Shown piece after piece: positions 37,522 to 47,611 of a DNA stretch of 64,000 bases; the first letter of the stretch is position 1, and every line of letters begins with the position of its first letter. The position numbers and the translations under genes were made by a program. Source of the stretch: an uncultured Anaerolineaceae bacterium (GTDB lineage Bacteria; Chloroflexota; Anaerolineae; Aggregatilineales; Phototrophicaceae); assembly GCA_964639225.1 (NCBI GenBank), contig CAZXCK010000002.1, forward strand, positions 5,507-69,506, read 5' to 3'. Under the pieces are notes generated by a model. That model saw only the letters and a list, made by a program, of their open reading frames with translations, did no database searches and was not told where the DNA came from.

Positions 37522-38880
37522 TTGGCCGCACCGCACAAGATTTGCCCAATTTGCCAGACACCCAACCACCGCAACGCATCAATATGTTCCACCTGCGGCA
37601 AAACGCTCGGCAATGTCAGCGCTGCTGGTAACCAGCCTCAAACGCCGCGCGCGGTGGAGACGCTATCATACGACTATCGACACGGTGAAACCGACCTGTT
37701 CGAAGGTGATCTTCACCGCACAGGACAGGCCTACCTGCGTGGACTGCTGGTGCTGCTGGTCTTAGTCATGTTGGGCGGGCTGGTGCTGGCAATAGGGCCA
37801 ACATTGCTGGATTCAGTTTCTTCATCCGATACCAACAACGGCAGCAACAATAACGCGGCAGACAGCAGCGGCGGGCGCGCACCGGTTAACCTGCCGACCG
37901 TTACGCCAGCGCCACCCAGCGCCACCGCGCCACCCACCATCGAGCCAACCGAAGTTCCGCAGCCTACCGCCACACCGGAACCGTGCATGCAGGAAGTTCT
38001 CACCACCGATACCGGCCTGTATGATGTGGTGCTGCGCTGCGGTCACGTTAGCATGAATGTCATCCCGCTGGTGGCTGAAATCAACAATCTGGACAATATC
38101 AATCTCATTCGTCCCGGTCAGGTACTGGAAATACCCTGGCCGACATCCACGCCAGGCCCTGACGCGCCAGCAGAAGCGCCTGCCGAAGCAGATGATGAGG
38201 CCAGTGCCGACGACAGTGACGCTGTTGCTGCCAGCCAACCGGGAGCCTTTGACGAAGACTTCGATCCACTTTTTGTACCCACCGCCACGCTGCCACCAGG
38301 GATTATGTTCCATACCGTGCAGCGCGACGAGAACATCATCGTTATTGGGATGCAATACGATGCCAGTGTTGAGGTACTGTCACAACTGAACCCGGAGATT
38401 ACGTTTTCTCAGTGCGAGTTCGGCCAGCGTTTTGGTGGACCGCGCTGCACCGTCCAGCTACGCGAAAATCAGCTTATTCGGGTGCCAGCGCCAACCGCTG
38501 TGCCCACCCTGTCGCCCACACCGTCAGGCAGCGAGACGCCCACACTCACACCGACTGCTACATTCAACGCGCCGGTCCAGCAAAGCCCTAGTGATCGCGC
38601 CTTTTTTGATCGTGACGATCTGATAACACTGCGCTGGGTGCCAACCGGAACCCTGGGTGCCGATCAGGTATACCGGCTGCGCGTGGAAGACACGACAGCA
38701 GGCGTGGTCTACACGACAACCACACGCGACACCTCTTTCGTTGTCCCCGAGGACTGGCAGGGAGAAGGCGAATCTAATCGTCACAATTATGCCTGGTCCG
38801 TAAGTGTCATTAATCTGACTGATCCGGATAACCCCCAGTACACGACAGAGACTTTGACGTTTACGTGGGAAAGCCGTTAG
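37522..38880 (+). CDS. Zinc-ribbon / TM / double-LysM protein with a conserved C-terminal domain
   Basis: N-terminal CPICQ...CSTCG, TM helix LLVLLVLVMLGGLVLAI, Pro/Thr-rich linkers, and two LysM-like segments (DVVLRCGHVSMNVIPLVAEINNL...PGQVLEIP; HTVQRDENIIVIGMQYDASVEVLSQLNP). TTG start per the ORF track. Confidence 0.7.
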   Translation: MAAPHKICPICQTPNHRNASICSTCGKTLGNVSAAGNQPQTPRAVETLSYDYRHGETDLFEGDLHRTGQAYLRGLLVLLVLVMLGGLVLAIGPTLLDSVSSSDTNNGSNNNAADSSGGRAPVNLPTVTPAPPSATAPPTIEPTEVPQPTATPEPCMQEVLTTDTGLYDVVLRCGHVSMNVIPLVAEINNLDNINLIRPGQVLEIPWPTSTPGPDAPAEAPAEADDEASADDSDAVAASQPGAFDEDFDPLFVPTATLPPGIMFHTVQRDENIIVIGMQYDASVEVLSQLNPEITFSQCEFGQRFGGPRCTVQLRENQLIRVPAPTAVPTLSPTPSGSETPTLTPTATFNAPVQQSPSDRAFFDRDDLITLRWVPTGTLGADQVYRLRVEDTTAGVVYTTTTRDTSFVVPEDWQGEGESNRHNYAWSVSVINLTDPDNPQYTTETLTFTWESR

Positions 38881-38892
38881 TTGAGGCTCATT

Positions 38893-39999
38893 ATGCAGAA
38901 ATTCATCGTTTTCAGCGCACTCTCTGTTCTGATGATTATGCTGGCTGGGTGTAACTTCGATGTACAGGACGCCACGCCGACAGTCGAAAGTATCGTCGAA
39001 GAACCCATTGACCCGCTGCCTGACACCGCCGGCACCGCGACGCCAACACCTTCAGCATCACCCACCCCGATCCAGCAGGTGCGGATTTCCACACCGTCGC
39101 TGGTGCCTACCCTGCGACCCACCGAGACTCTCCTACCAACAGAGACGCCCGGTCCCTGGGAATATGAAATCCAGCAGGGTGACGTACTCACCCTGCTGAT
39201 CCAGCGACCACCCTTTAACTACCGCACAATGGATGTCATCTCCGAAATCGTGAGACTGAACGACAATGTCCCCAATGCGGACTCGCTGCCCGGTCCGGGT
39301 AATGTCATCCTGATTCCCCGCCCCACAGCCACGCCCATACCAGAAGGCATTGAACTCACGCAGGAGATTGCAGCGACGCGCCGGGTTGATGTGCGCGGCC
39401 TGCCAGAAAACACCGAATTTGACTGTCACATTGTCCAGCCGGGCGAGGTGACGGTCGGCATTGTCGAACAGTACGGTGGTCTGACCCTGGAACTGATGAG
39501 CCAGCTCAACGCGGACATCAATTTCTCTGGCTGCAATTTTGAAGAACCCGGCGGCGGCCCCGATTGCAATCCGGTCATTCGTGAAGGTCAGTGCGTATTG
39601 GTGCCCATGCCAACGCCCACGCCAACGCTATCGCCAACACCGTCCGGCAGCGAGACGCCAACGTCCACGCCGACCTATCCACCTGCACGCCTCATTTCAC
39701 CGCCAGAGGGCGCGCTGGTGCCCCCTGGCATTCTTACCCTTCAATGGACCAGTGTGGGTGTTCTTCAAGCTGGAGAATACTATCTGGTAGAAGTAATAGA
39801 TACGACCGCAGAAACTATCTGGAACGATGCCACGCGCAGTACCAACATTCGCCTGCCAGAATCGCTGATACCATCCAGCGGCGAACTTCATCAGTTCACA
39901 TGGAATGTCTCTATTGCGACTATCAATGATGATGGAACCTTCACCCGCGTTCAGGGAGTTCCACTGCGAGAAGGTCGATTCACCTGGCAGAGTCGTTAA
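38893..39999 (+). CDS. Lipoprotein paralogue of the preceding gene (double LysM-like plus the same C-terminal domain)
   Basis: Lipobox MIMLAGC. Shares the linker LSPTPSGSETPT and a C-terminal ~110-aa domain (LQWTSVGVLQAGEYYLVEVIDTT... versus LRWVPTGTLGADQVYRLRVEDTT...) with the upstream gene. Confidence 0.7.
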   Translation: MQKFIVFSALSVLMIMLAGCNFDVQDATPTVESIVEEPIDPLPDTAGTATPTPSASPTPIQQVRISTPSLVPTLRPTETLLPTETPGPWEYEIQQGDVLTLLIQRPPFNYRTMDVISEIVRLNDNVPNADSLPGPGNVILIPRPTATPIPEGIELTQEIAATRRVDVRGLPENTEFDCHIVQPGEVTVGIVEQYGGLTLELMSQLNADINFSGCNFEEPGGGPDCNPVIREGQCVLVPMPTPTPTLSPTPSGSETPTSTPTYPPARLISPPEGALVPPGILTLQWTSVGVLQAGEYYLVEVIDTTAETIWNDATRSTNIRLPESLIPSSGELHQFTWNVSIATINDDGTFTRVQGVPLREGRFTWQSR

Positions 40000-41780
40000 A
40001 CGCGGCGGCTGAATTCGCGGGCAAGCTGGTCGCCGCTCATGTGAACGATCGTCGTTGCCCCTTCAGGGCTGACCATAGGGGACTGACAACGTTCCAACCG
40101 GCGTACCAGAGCCTGCATGTCATCCGGGCTGAGAATTTGCCCGGCTTTATAGGCTGCGCAGCCACAAATGTAGGTTATCAGCCGGTCTTCCAGGCCACCC
40201 GTATCAGACCGTTTACTGGCCAGTATTTCGGCCATACCGCGTAGCACAGCGTCCGGTTCGGCCTGTTTAAGTATCACAGGCACGGCCCGTATAGCGAAAG
40301 TCGTTGGGCCAAATGGTTCGACGTTAAAACCCAGCGCGGCCAGCAGGTCCAGATGCTGTTCCACTGTCTGCGCCTCAGAAGCGCTCATATCAACAGTATA
40401 AGGCACGGTTACACCCTGCTGCGGAACCCCTGCCCCCAACGCATAAGCCTCCATGAGTTCTTCATACAATACACGCTGATGTGCGCTGTGCTGATCGACC
40501 AGGTACATACCGGCTGGCCCTTCGGTGACAATATACATAGCTCCCACCTGCCCGACGACACGCAGTACCGGCAGGGTACGCGGCCTGGCCGGTCCGCCTG
40601 GCCCTTCCGGGAAATGTGTCAGGTCGTCCTCATCGGCTCGCTGACGGCGTTTTGTGACTCGGTCATCTTTGTTGCTATCTATGCCGAAGGCCGGTGTGTG
40701 TGGCTGCGATTCCCAATAACTTTTCTGGACCGGTGCTTCAAAACTGTGTGATGGTGATCCGTGCAGGTCGGGGCGCTGACTATCGACCAGCACCCGGCGT
40801 ACAGCTCGCTGAACAGCGGCGAAAACCGCACCGGGATTTCGGAACCGGACCTCGGCTTTTGTCGGATGTACGTTGACGTCCACATCCTGCGGCGACATGC
40901 CGATCATGAGTACCGCGACCGGATAGCGTCCCGGTTTAAGCAATCCCTGATATGACTGCACGACAGCGTATGTCAGATTGCTGTCGAGTATCCAGCGACC
41001 ATTGATAAACAAAGCGATATGCGACCGCTCCGAGCGTGACAGGCTCGGCGTGGACGTGAATCCACTCACGTTGACAGCCGGTGCCACATCGGTGGCAGCC
41101 GCTGCCAGTTCAACCGGCAGCAGATCACGCACACCATCCAGCCCCAGCACATGCGCCAGCACATCGATAAGCTGGCCGCTGCCACTAGATCGAAAAGCCT
41201 CGCGCCCATCCTGCTCCAGAGAAAACCGGACCTGTGGATATGCCATCGCATAGCGCATGACGAGCGTGACAATATGACGTTTTTCTGTCGACTCTTTCTT
41301 CAGGAATTTGAGGCGGGCCGGGGTGTTGTAAAACAGATTCTCAACACTGATAATCGTACCAGCCGGCGATCCTGCCGGTTCATGTTTAACAAGGTTTCCA
41401 CCCTCAACCCGTATCGTCGTACCAGCCGGCTCACCACGATAGCGCGTCGTCATAGAGATGCGACTCACCGAGGCAATGCTCGCCAATGCTTCGCCACGAA
41501 AACCAAGTGTCATAATCGCCTGCAGGTCATCCACTGTCTGAAGTTTGCTGGTCGCATGTCGCGCAAACGCCAGCTTGACCTCTGCCGCTGGTATACCAGT
41601 GCCGTCATCGCTGACACGAATCAGCTTACGGCCACCGCGATCGATTGTCACATGAATATGTGAAGCGCCCGCATCCAGTGCGTTTTCCAGAAGCTCTTTG
41701 ACGACCGATGCTGGTCGTTCCACAACCTCGCCGGCTGCAATCTGAGATACGAGCGGATCAGGCAATACTTGGATGGGCAT
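39996..41780 (-). CDS. mutL: DNA mismatch repair protein MutL
   Basis: IAAGEVVERPASVVKELLENALDAGA and FRGEALASIA. The ATG at 41780 (MPIQVLPD) was chosen. Confidence 0.9.
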   Translation of the reverse strand: MPIQVLPDPLVSQIAAGEVVERPASVVKELLENALDAGASHIHVTIDRGGRKLIRVSDDGTGIPAAEVKLAFARHATSKLQTVDDLQAIMTLGFRGEALASIASVSRISMTTRYRGEPAGTTIRVEGGNLVKHEPAGSPAGTIISVENLFYNTPARLKFLKKESTEKRHIVTLVMRYAMAYPQVRFSLEQDGREAFRSSGSGQLIDVLAHVLGLDGVRDLLPVELAAAATDVAPAVNVSGFTSTPSLSRSERSHIALFINGRWILDSNLTYAVVQSYQGLLKPGRYPVAVLMIGMSPQDVDVNVHPTKAEVRFRNPGAVFAAVQRAVRRVLVDSQRPDLHGSPSHSFEAPVQKSYWESQPHTPAFGIDSNKDDRVTKRRQRADEDDLTHFPEGPGGPARPRTLPVLRVVGQVGAMYIVTEGPAGMYLVDQHSAHQRVLYEELMEAYALGAGVPQQGVTVPYTVDMSASEAQTVEQHLDLLAALGFNVEPFGPTTFAIRAVPVILKQAEPDAVLRGMAEILASKRSDTGGLEDRLITYICGCAAYKAGQILSPDDMQALVRRLERCQSPMVSPEGATTIVHMSGDQLAREFSRRV

Positions 41781-41903
41781 GATATCATTCCGGAATCTGA
41801 ACGGGCAGGCAAATAGACAGCCACTTTGGAACAAGCATATCTGAACGATGGCGAATGCGTATCTGGAGATGTGTCAACAACAAAACGAGGAAATTCAAGC
41901 GCA

Positions 41904-43172
41904 TCAGGCATCCGGCTGAACTGCCGGAAAAAGGTTATCACCAGCCAGAGGGATACTGATATAGAATGTGCTGCCCTCACCCTCTACACTTTCGACCCAG
42001 GCATCACCACCATGACGGCGCGCAACACTCCGTACGATGAACAATCCCAGCCCGGTGCCCTTGATACGTTTATGCTCTTTACGGAGGAGCCGCACATGAC
42101 GCTGAAACAGCCGTCCTTTCTGTTCGTCGCTGATGCCCAATCCGTCATCACGAACGCTGAACAGGATCATGTCGTCATGGCGCTGCAAATCGACCACAAT
42201 ATGGCCGCCATTAGGCGTATATTTGATCGCATTGTCGATCAGATTGGTGATTGCCCGTTCCAGCATCGTGAAGTCCACATTGACGATAGGCACCTCTCCG
42301 GTGACCTGATGGACAATCGTCAGTTCCTGCTTCTCCGCTGGCATCAGATGATTCTGGACGATCTGTTCTGTCAACTCCGCCAGGTTACATGGCCCGCGCT
42401 CCATCTCATAAAACCCTGTCTGCGGATCAAATCGTCCAGCGTCCTGAATTCGGTCCACCAGCGAAGTCATCTGTTCGACACCCGACAGGATCTTTTCGAC
42501 GTAGTACATCTGTTGATCGTCGAGTTGGCCCACCATGCCCGACTCCAACATGCTGGCGAACCCTTTGATCGATGTCAGCGGCGACCGTAAATCGTGGGAC
42601 ACCAGATGGATGAATTCCCCTTGATTCCTGCAGAGCTTATCCTGAGTGGCTTGCAGCAGAACACCGCGCCCTACCACCATTAAGGCATCGATGAGTGACA
42701 ATAGCGTATCGTGCTGCTGCTGGTTAAGGTCTGGCGCATCACTGAAGACCAGCCACAGCATACCGCATAGTTCTTCGTCCACATAAACTGGCGCAGCCAG
42801 CCAGGGTATGCCCTTATCGACAAACGCTGCAGACGATGGTGGATCTACCTGATACGGTCTTGACAGCGAACCAGCCATTTGTCGTACCTTGCTTTGAGTC
42901 AGGTCGGGTGGCGCATCCAACTGTGAGGTGATAATCAGGCATTGCTCATTGCAGATCACCAGCCCCGCACCAGCAGCAGCGGTGGCCTGTATCATATATT
43001 CCAGAAGTTTGGAGAGGCTGGCCGCTGATGATGGTGTGCTGGCGATCATATGCATAACCTTCTCCAGGACAGTATTGTCGGTATGGCTACTGGCCTGCAA
43101 TAAAGACATGGCATTCCCTACCTGTAACTGCACATTCGTGCCTGGATCACACCAAGCCGATTCGCAGTGCAA
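41904..43172 (-). CDS. Sensor histidine kinase with an N-terminal GAF-like domain
   Basis: H-box HDLRSPLTSIKGF, N-box NLIDNAIKYTP, G-box GTGLGLFIV. No TM segments seen. Alternative start at 43109. Confidence 0.85.
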   Translation of the reverse strand: MHCESAWCDPGTNVQLQVGNAMSLLQASSHTDNTVLEKVMHMIASTPSSAASLSKLLEYMIQATAAAGAGLVICNEQCLIITSQLDAPPDLTQSKVRQMAGSLSRPYQVDPPSSAAFVDKGIPWLAAPVYVDEELCGMLWLVFSDAPDLNQQQHDTLLSLIDALMVVGRGVLLQATQDKLCRNQGEFIHLVSHDLRSPLTSIKGFASMLESGMVGQLDDQQMYYVEKILSGVEQMTSLVDRIQDAGRFDPQTGFYEMERGPCNLAELTEQIVQNHLMPAEKQELTIVHQVTGEVPIVNVDFTMLERAITNLIDNAIKYTPNGGHIVVDLQRHDDMILFSVRDDGLGISDEQKGRLFQRHVRLLRKEHKRIKGTGLGLFIVRSVARRHGGDAWVESVEGEGSTFYISIPLAGDNLFPAVQPDA

Positions 43173-43305
43173 ATGAAAAACTCAAGAGTTAAGTTCACCA
43201 GGGTTGATAATTAATTCTCACCAGAATCGCTTTTAAGGATTATAATATATTCAGGATTCAGTGGGCAAGTGAGTGGTGTCATGATTAATCGGTGGGCTAC
43301 ATTCC

Positions 43306-43334
43306 TTGCACCGCTATTTCTTTCATGCTAGACT
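43306..43334 (+). promoter_or_regulatory. Candidate promoter for the REC-ParA-like gene
   Basis: TTGCAC, 17-nt spacer, TAGACT, inside an AT-rich 195-nt divergent intergenic region. Confidence 0.35.
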
Positions 43335-43367
43335 TTGTTATCGCTCTATTACAAAGTAGAATTCAAA

Positions 43368-44525
43368 ATGGCAGACAAAATTCTCATCACCGACGATGAC
43401 GTTGATAGCTTACGCCTGATCGGTATCATGCTGCAACGACAGGGTTATCAGGTTGTCGTTGCCAGTACGGGCAACCAGGCACTTGCCAAAGCAACCAGCG
43501 AACTACCTGACCTCATCATACTTGACATTATGATGCCAGATATGAATGGTTATGAGGTCTGCCGCCGCTTACGGGCAAATCCGGTAACCAAAAACATCCC
43601 CATCATCATGTTTACCGCCAAGACGATGATCGATGACAAAGTAGCTGGCTTCGAAGCCGGAGCTGATGACTACCTGACCAAACCCACCCACCCCGCAGAA
43701 CTGGCGTCAAGAGTCAAGGCTATACTGACACGTACCCCCACCCCACAGGGAACATCTGTGCCGGCCCCGAACGAGCCACCCGCCGGTTATTCGGTTGGTA
43801 TTATCGGCACCAAAGGTGGCCTGGGCGTATCAACACTGGCGCTCAATCTGGCGGCTGCGCTCAGAAAAATGGGAGAAACCCCCTTCCTGGCGGATTTTTG
43901 CCTGGGCAAAAGCAGTTTGAATCTCTATATGGGCGCGGAATCTTCTGGGATGGGCATTGTCGCCAGTCGTTCAGCCGCACAGATAAGCGCCGCCCTCATC
44001 GAAGAGCATATGGTCACCAGTTCGAGCGGCGTGCGCGCGCTGCTGGCTTCCTGCAAGCCTCAGGAAGCGCTGATCAATGTCAAACCAGACGTCGCCAACG
44101 CCATCGCCCATACGCTGCGCAAATTGGGCCGCCCGGTGATTTATGACCTGGGTGCAGGCTATTCGTCGCTTATTCACAATATACATCGAGACATGGAACG
44201 CCTGATTATCACCGTAGAGCCAGCCGGCGTCTCACTCAAGATGGCGCGCGATCTGCTAAAAGAGCTGGCTAAAAACGGCAAGCATCGCATTGATATTGTG
44301 GTGTTCACCCGCACGCAGATACCCCTGCAACTGTCCTGGCACGATGTCGAACACGAACTCAACCACCAGGTACGTGCGGTCATCTCGCCAGCGCCAGAAC
44401 TGGCTTTCCGCGCGGTGGAAGCAGGCGTGCCCATTGTTTTGCACGAACCTAATGCAATTGTCTCCAGCCAGATTATCAAACTCGCAGAGACAATCAAATC
44501 GGCGCTGCCTCAGAAAACGCGCTAA
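43368..44525 (+). CDS. Response-regulator receiver domain fused to a ParA/MinD/CpaE-like domain with a degenerate Walker A
   Basis: REC motifs ITDDD, ILDIMMPDMNG and FTAK. The ATPase-like part reads IIGTKGGLGVSTLALNLA, whereas the deviant Walker A normally reads KGGxGK[ST]; the P-loop lysine is Val here. Confidence 0.8.
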   Translation: MADKILITDDDVDSLRLIGIMLQRQGYQVVVASTGNQALAKATSELPDLIILDIMMPDMNGYEVCRRLRANPVTKNIPIIMFTAKTMIDDKVAGFEAGADDYLTKPTHPAELASRVKAILTRTPTPQGTSVPAPNEPPAGYSVGIIGTKGGLGVSTLALNLAAALRKMGETPFLADFCLGKSSLNLYMGAESSGMGIVASRSAAQISAALIEEHMVTSSSGVRALLASCKPQEALINVKPDVANAIAHTLRKLGRPVIYDLGAGYSSLIHNIHRDMERLIITVEPAGVSLKMARDLLKELAKNGKHRIDIVVFTRTQIPLQLSWHDVEHELNHQVRAVISPAPELAFRAVEAGVPIVLHEPNAIVSSQIIKLAETIKSALPQKTR

Positions 44526-44638
44526 ACTGGATCGGGCGCAAACTGATCTTGCCATGCGCGACCAGTACCGACCCTGTGCTCCACTGACCGCAAGTGGGGC
44601 AATCTGTACGTCGTTTAACGAAAGCCATGCCCTAACCG

Positions 44639-45412
44639 ATGTTCCCGGAAACCCGACTTGAGTTAATCCAGCGCGCGGCTCGCCTGTTCAAAGAGTCAAA
44701 ATTCGGCGTTGTCTTTACCGGAGCCGGGGTCAGTACAGACTCCGGTATACCCGACTTCCGCAGCCCGGATTCCGGATTATGGCGCAACGTAGACCCGATG
44801 GCGGTCGCGAGTATCTACGGTTTCCGTCATAACCCTGAGGGCTTCTACAATTGGGTGCGTCCACTGGCCCTCAAGACCATCAATGCACAACCCAATGCCG
44901 CCCACCACGCTATCGCCGCGCTGGAACGCATGGGATACGTTCAGGCGGTCATCACACAGAACATCGACATGCTGCATTCGCGTGCGGGTAGCAGCCATAT
45001 CTATGAACTGCACGGACATATGCGCCAGGCCACCTGCATTCATTGCTTTGCCATCTATGATGGCGAAGATATCATGCGAACGTTTTTGGAGGATAATCGG
45101 GTACCCCACTGCCCCAAATGCAGAGGTGTCATCAAACCCAATGTCATCCTGTTTGGAGAGCAGCTCCCGATCCGCGAGCTGCAAGGCGCGCAGGATGTCA
45201 CCCGCAGAAGTGATGTTATGCTCATCGTCGGTTCGTCACTGGAAGTAGCGCCCGCCAGTGACATCCCTGTTCTTGCCAGCCGCACCGGAGCCAGGCTCAT
45301 CATCATCAACCTGGACCCGACTCCGGCAGACCACATGGCGGATGTGGTCATCCACGCGCGTGCGGCAGAAGTTTTGCCCGAAATCGTGCATCAACTGGAG
45401 CGCATGACATGA
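44639..45412 (+). CDS. cobB: NAD-dependent protein deacylase (Sir2/CobB family)
   Basis: GAGVSTDSGIPDFRS, QNIDMLH, catalytic ELHGH, and the Zn-ribbon cysteines CIHC...CPKC. Confidence 0.85.
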   Translation: MFPETRLELIQRAARLFKESKFGVVFTGAGVSTDSGIPDFRSPDSGLWRNVDPMAVASIYGFRHNPEGFYNWVRPLALKTINAQPNAAHHAIAALERMGYVQAVITQNIDMLHSRAGSSHIYELHGHMRQATCIHCFAIYDGEDIMRTFLEDNRVPHCPKCRGVIKPNVILFGEQLPIRELQGAQDVTRRSDVMLIVGSSLEVAPASDIPVLASRTGARLIIINLDPTPADHMADVVIHARAAEVLPEIVHQLERMT

Positions 45413-46626
45413 GTCCAGACTCGCCCCCCGAACGCGAAGCGAGTTTACTCTCTCACTACGAACGTATAATCGAAATCAGCCGCCAGCTTAACTCAACCTA
45501 CGACCACGTTGCCCTACTGCAGCAGATTGTCGCAGCGGCTGCCGAGCTGGTCAACTGTGAGGCAGCCTCTATTCTGCTCATCGACCCGATCACCGGCGAA
45601 CTTCGCTTCGAAATCGCAACCAACATGAACCCCAACGAAGCGCAGCACATCATTATCCCTATGGAAGGCAGCATCGCCGGCTGGATTGCAAGGCACGGCG
45701 AACCGCGTGTCATCCAGGACACAACACGGGAGCCGGGTCACTTTCAGGAAATCGATCAGCTTATCGACTTCCATACGACAAACCTGCTGGGCGTGCCCAT
45801 GAGCACGCACGTAAAAGTGATCGGCGTACTGGAAGTCGTCAACAAGCGAGACAGACAGCGCTTCAACGATGTTGACATCAACACGCTGACGACACTCGCC
45901 AGCCAGGCCGCTGTCGCCATCGAAAACGCGCGCCTCTTTCGCCAGAGCGACTTCATCGCCGAGATGGTCCACGAGCTGCGCACACCGCTGCGAGCGCTGC
46001 GCGCCAGTACTGGCATTCTGCTGCACAACACGGTCGATGATAGCCAGCGCGATGAGATGCTGCTCACCATGCAGGCAGAAACCGACCGTCTGTTGAGACT
46101 GACAACGGACTTTCTCGAACTGGCGCAGATGGAATCGGGACGCGTGCGACTCCAGACCGAGGCGCTGAGCCTGCAGCAGTGCGTCCATGACAGCGTGGAA
46201 GTGGTGGCGGCCCAGGCCCAGGAAAAGAACTTATCTATTCTGATCGATGTGGAGCCGATCACCATTAAGGCCGATGCAGCTAAGTTCAAGCAAATGATGC
46301 TCAACCTGCTGACCAACGCTATCAAATATAACCACCCACACGGCGAAATTCGCATAACCGGTGTGTCCACACGCAGCGACAGCGGCAGCGCTGCCCAGAT
46401 CAGCGTCAGCGATACCGGGCCGGGAATGTCACGCCCGCACTTATCGCAGATATTCCAGAAGTTCTTCAGGGTGGAGGCAACCGCTGGTGATAACACAGGC
46501 ACCGGCCTGGGTCTGGCAATCACCAAACACATCGTCGAAGCGCATGGCGGCGAGATATGGGTCGAGAGCGAACCAGGCAGCGGCACCACTTTTCATGTGA
46601 TACTGCCGGTGGTTGTCACAGACTGA
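45409..46626 (+). CDS. GAF-domain sensor histidine kinase
   Basis: GAF-like N-terminus (AASILLIDPITGELRFEIA...GIAGWIARHGEP), H-box HELRTPLRALR, N-box LLTNAIKYN, G-box GTGLGLAITK. The ATG overlaps the cobB stop (ATGA). Confidence 0.85.
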   Translation: MSPDSPPEREASLLSHYERIIEISRQLNSTYDHVALLQQIVAAAAELVNCEAASILLIDPITGELRFEIATNMNPNEAQHIIIPMEGSIAGWIARHGEPRVIQDTTREPGHFQEIDQLIDFHTTNLLGVPMSTHVKVIGVLEVVNKRDRQRFNDVDINTLTTLASQAAVAIENARLFRQSDFIAEMVHELRTPLRALRASTGILLHNTVDDSQRDEMLLTMQAETDRLLRLTTDFLELAQMESGRVRLQTEALSLQQCVHDSVEVVAAQAQEKNLSILIDVEPITIKADAAKFKQMMLNLLTNAIKYNHPHGEIRITGVSTRSDSGSAAQISVSDTGPGMSRPHLSQIFQKFFRVEATAGDNTGTGLGLAITKHIVEAHGGEIWVESEPGSGTTFHVILPVVVTD

Positions 46627-46628
46627 GT

Positions 46629-47588
46629 TCAGACGCCATCAACTTCCAGCATGATCTTAAGTGCACCAGCTTGAGAAGCTGCCTCAAACGCCGCCAGACC
46701 GTCAGCCAGCGAATAGCGTTTATCAATCATAGATTCACAGTCGATCAGGCCGTCTGCGAGCAGGCGCAGCGCCGCCGGAAACGGCCCGCAGCGACTGCCG
46801 ACAACTCGAACCTCGTCGACGGCGATGCGCGTGAGGTTTGCCTGTGGCAGACCGGCATATGTACTCTTGAGGACCAGTACACCACGAGGTTTAATCAGGT
46901 CCAGCGCCGACGCAAAACCACTCTCAGTGCCGGTGCAGTCAATTACGACATCCGCACAACGGGGCGCTAGACCATCAGGGGACTCATGAGCTATACCCCA
47001 GCGATCAAGCAACTGCGCCGGGCGTTCGCGGCGAACAATCACGGTCAGGTCAACCCCCAGCAGACGTATCACCTGGGCACACAGCAGGCCCAGCTTACCC
47101 GCGCCAATCAGCACGACCCGATCTCGTGGAGAGATATGCACTGCTTCCAGAATCTGTAAGGCCGCCGCCAGCGGCTCCACAAAAACCGCCTGGTCATCGG
47201 TTACGGAATCTGGCACAACGAGCAGATTGCGTGTCGCCAATGCCAGATAATCAGCAAACGCACCCGGATGGCGATCAATGCCAACAGTCGTCCGGTGATA
47301 GCACTGGCTGGGAACACCCTGCCGGCACTGCTCACAGGCCTGGCAGGCGACGTTGATCTCTCCTACGACGCGACGCCCAACCAGCTCATCCGGGCCGGTC
47401 AGCACCTGGGCGACAAACTCATGGCCGAGTACACCGGTAAAACCCATATAGCCCTTAACGATTTCCAGATCCGTGTTGCAGATACCCGCCCGGCGCATCT
47501 GCAACAATGACTGATCGCTCTCTACAGATGGGAAGGGCAGCTCTGACTCCATCCGCAGATGCTGCCCATCAAATACAATTCCTCGCAT
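46629..47588 (-). CDS. Zinc-dependent medium-chain alcohol dehydrogenase family protein
   Basis: GICNTDLE, GHEF, structural-Zn CQACEQCRQG, and the Rossmann motif LIGAGKLG. Confidence 0.8.
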   Translation of the reverse strand: MRGIVFDGQHLRMESELPFPSVESDQSLLQMRRAGICNTDLEIVKGYMGFTGVLGHEFVAQVLTGPDELVGRRVVGEINVACQACEQCRQGVPSQCYHRTTVGIDRHPGAFADYLALATRNLLVVPDSVTDDQAVFVEPLAAALQILEAVHISPRDRVVLIGAGKLGLLCAQVIRLLGVDLTVIVRRERPAQLLDRWGIAHESPDGLAPRCADVVIDCTGTESGFASALDLIKPRGVLVLKSTYAGLPQANLTRIAVDEVRVVGSRCGPFPAALRLLADGLIDCESMIDKRYSLADGLAAFEAASQAGALKIMLEVDGV

Positions 47589-47611
47589 ACTGGTATTGTC
47601 CTTGACCTGGG

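Noticed and set aside
39996-39999. Convergent LysM-lipoprotein gene and mutL share overlapping stop codons (TTAA)
   Set aside because: This is real in the sequence but most simply a consequence of compact genome organisation. No regulatory inference is justified.
44639-45412. Sir2-domain gene as an anti-phage NADase (Thoeris/DSR/SIR2-HerA-like)
   Set aside because: It is a compact 257-aa canonical sirtuin with GAGVS..GIPDFR, the catalytic His and a Zn-ribbon CxxC...CxxC. No defence-type partner (TIR, HerA, pAgo, large N-terminal domain) is adjacent.
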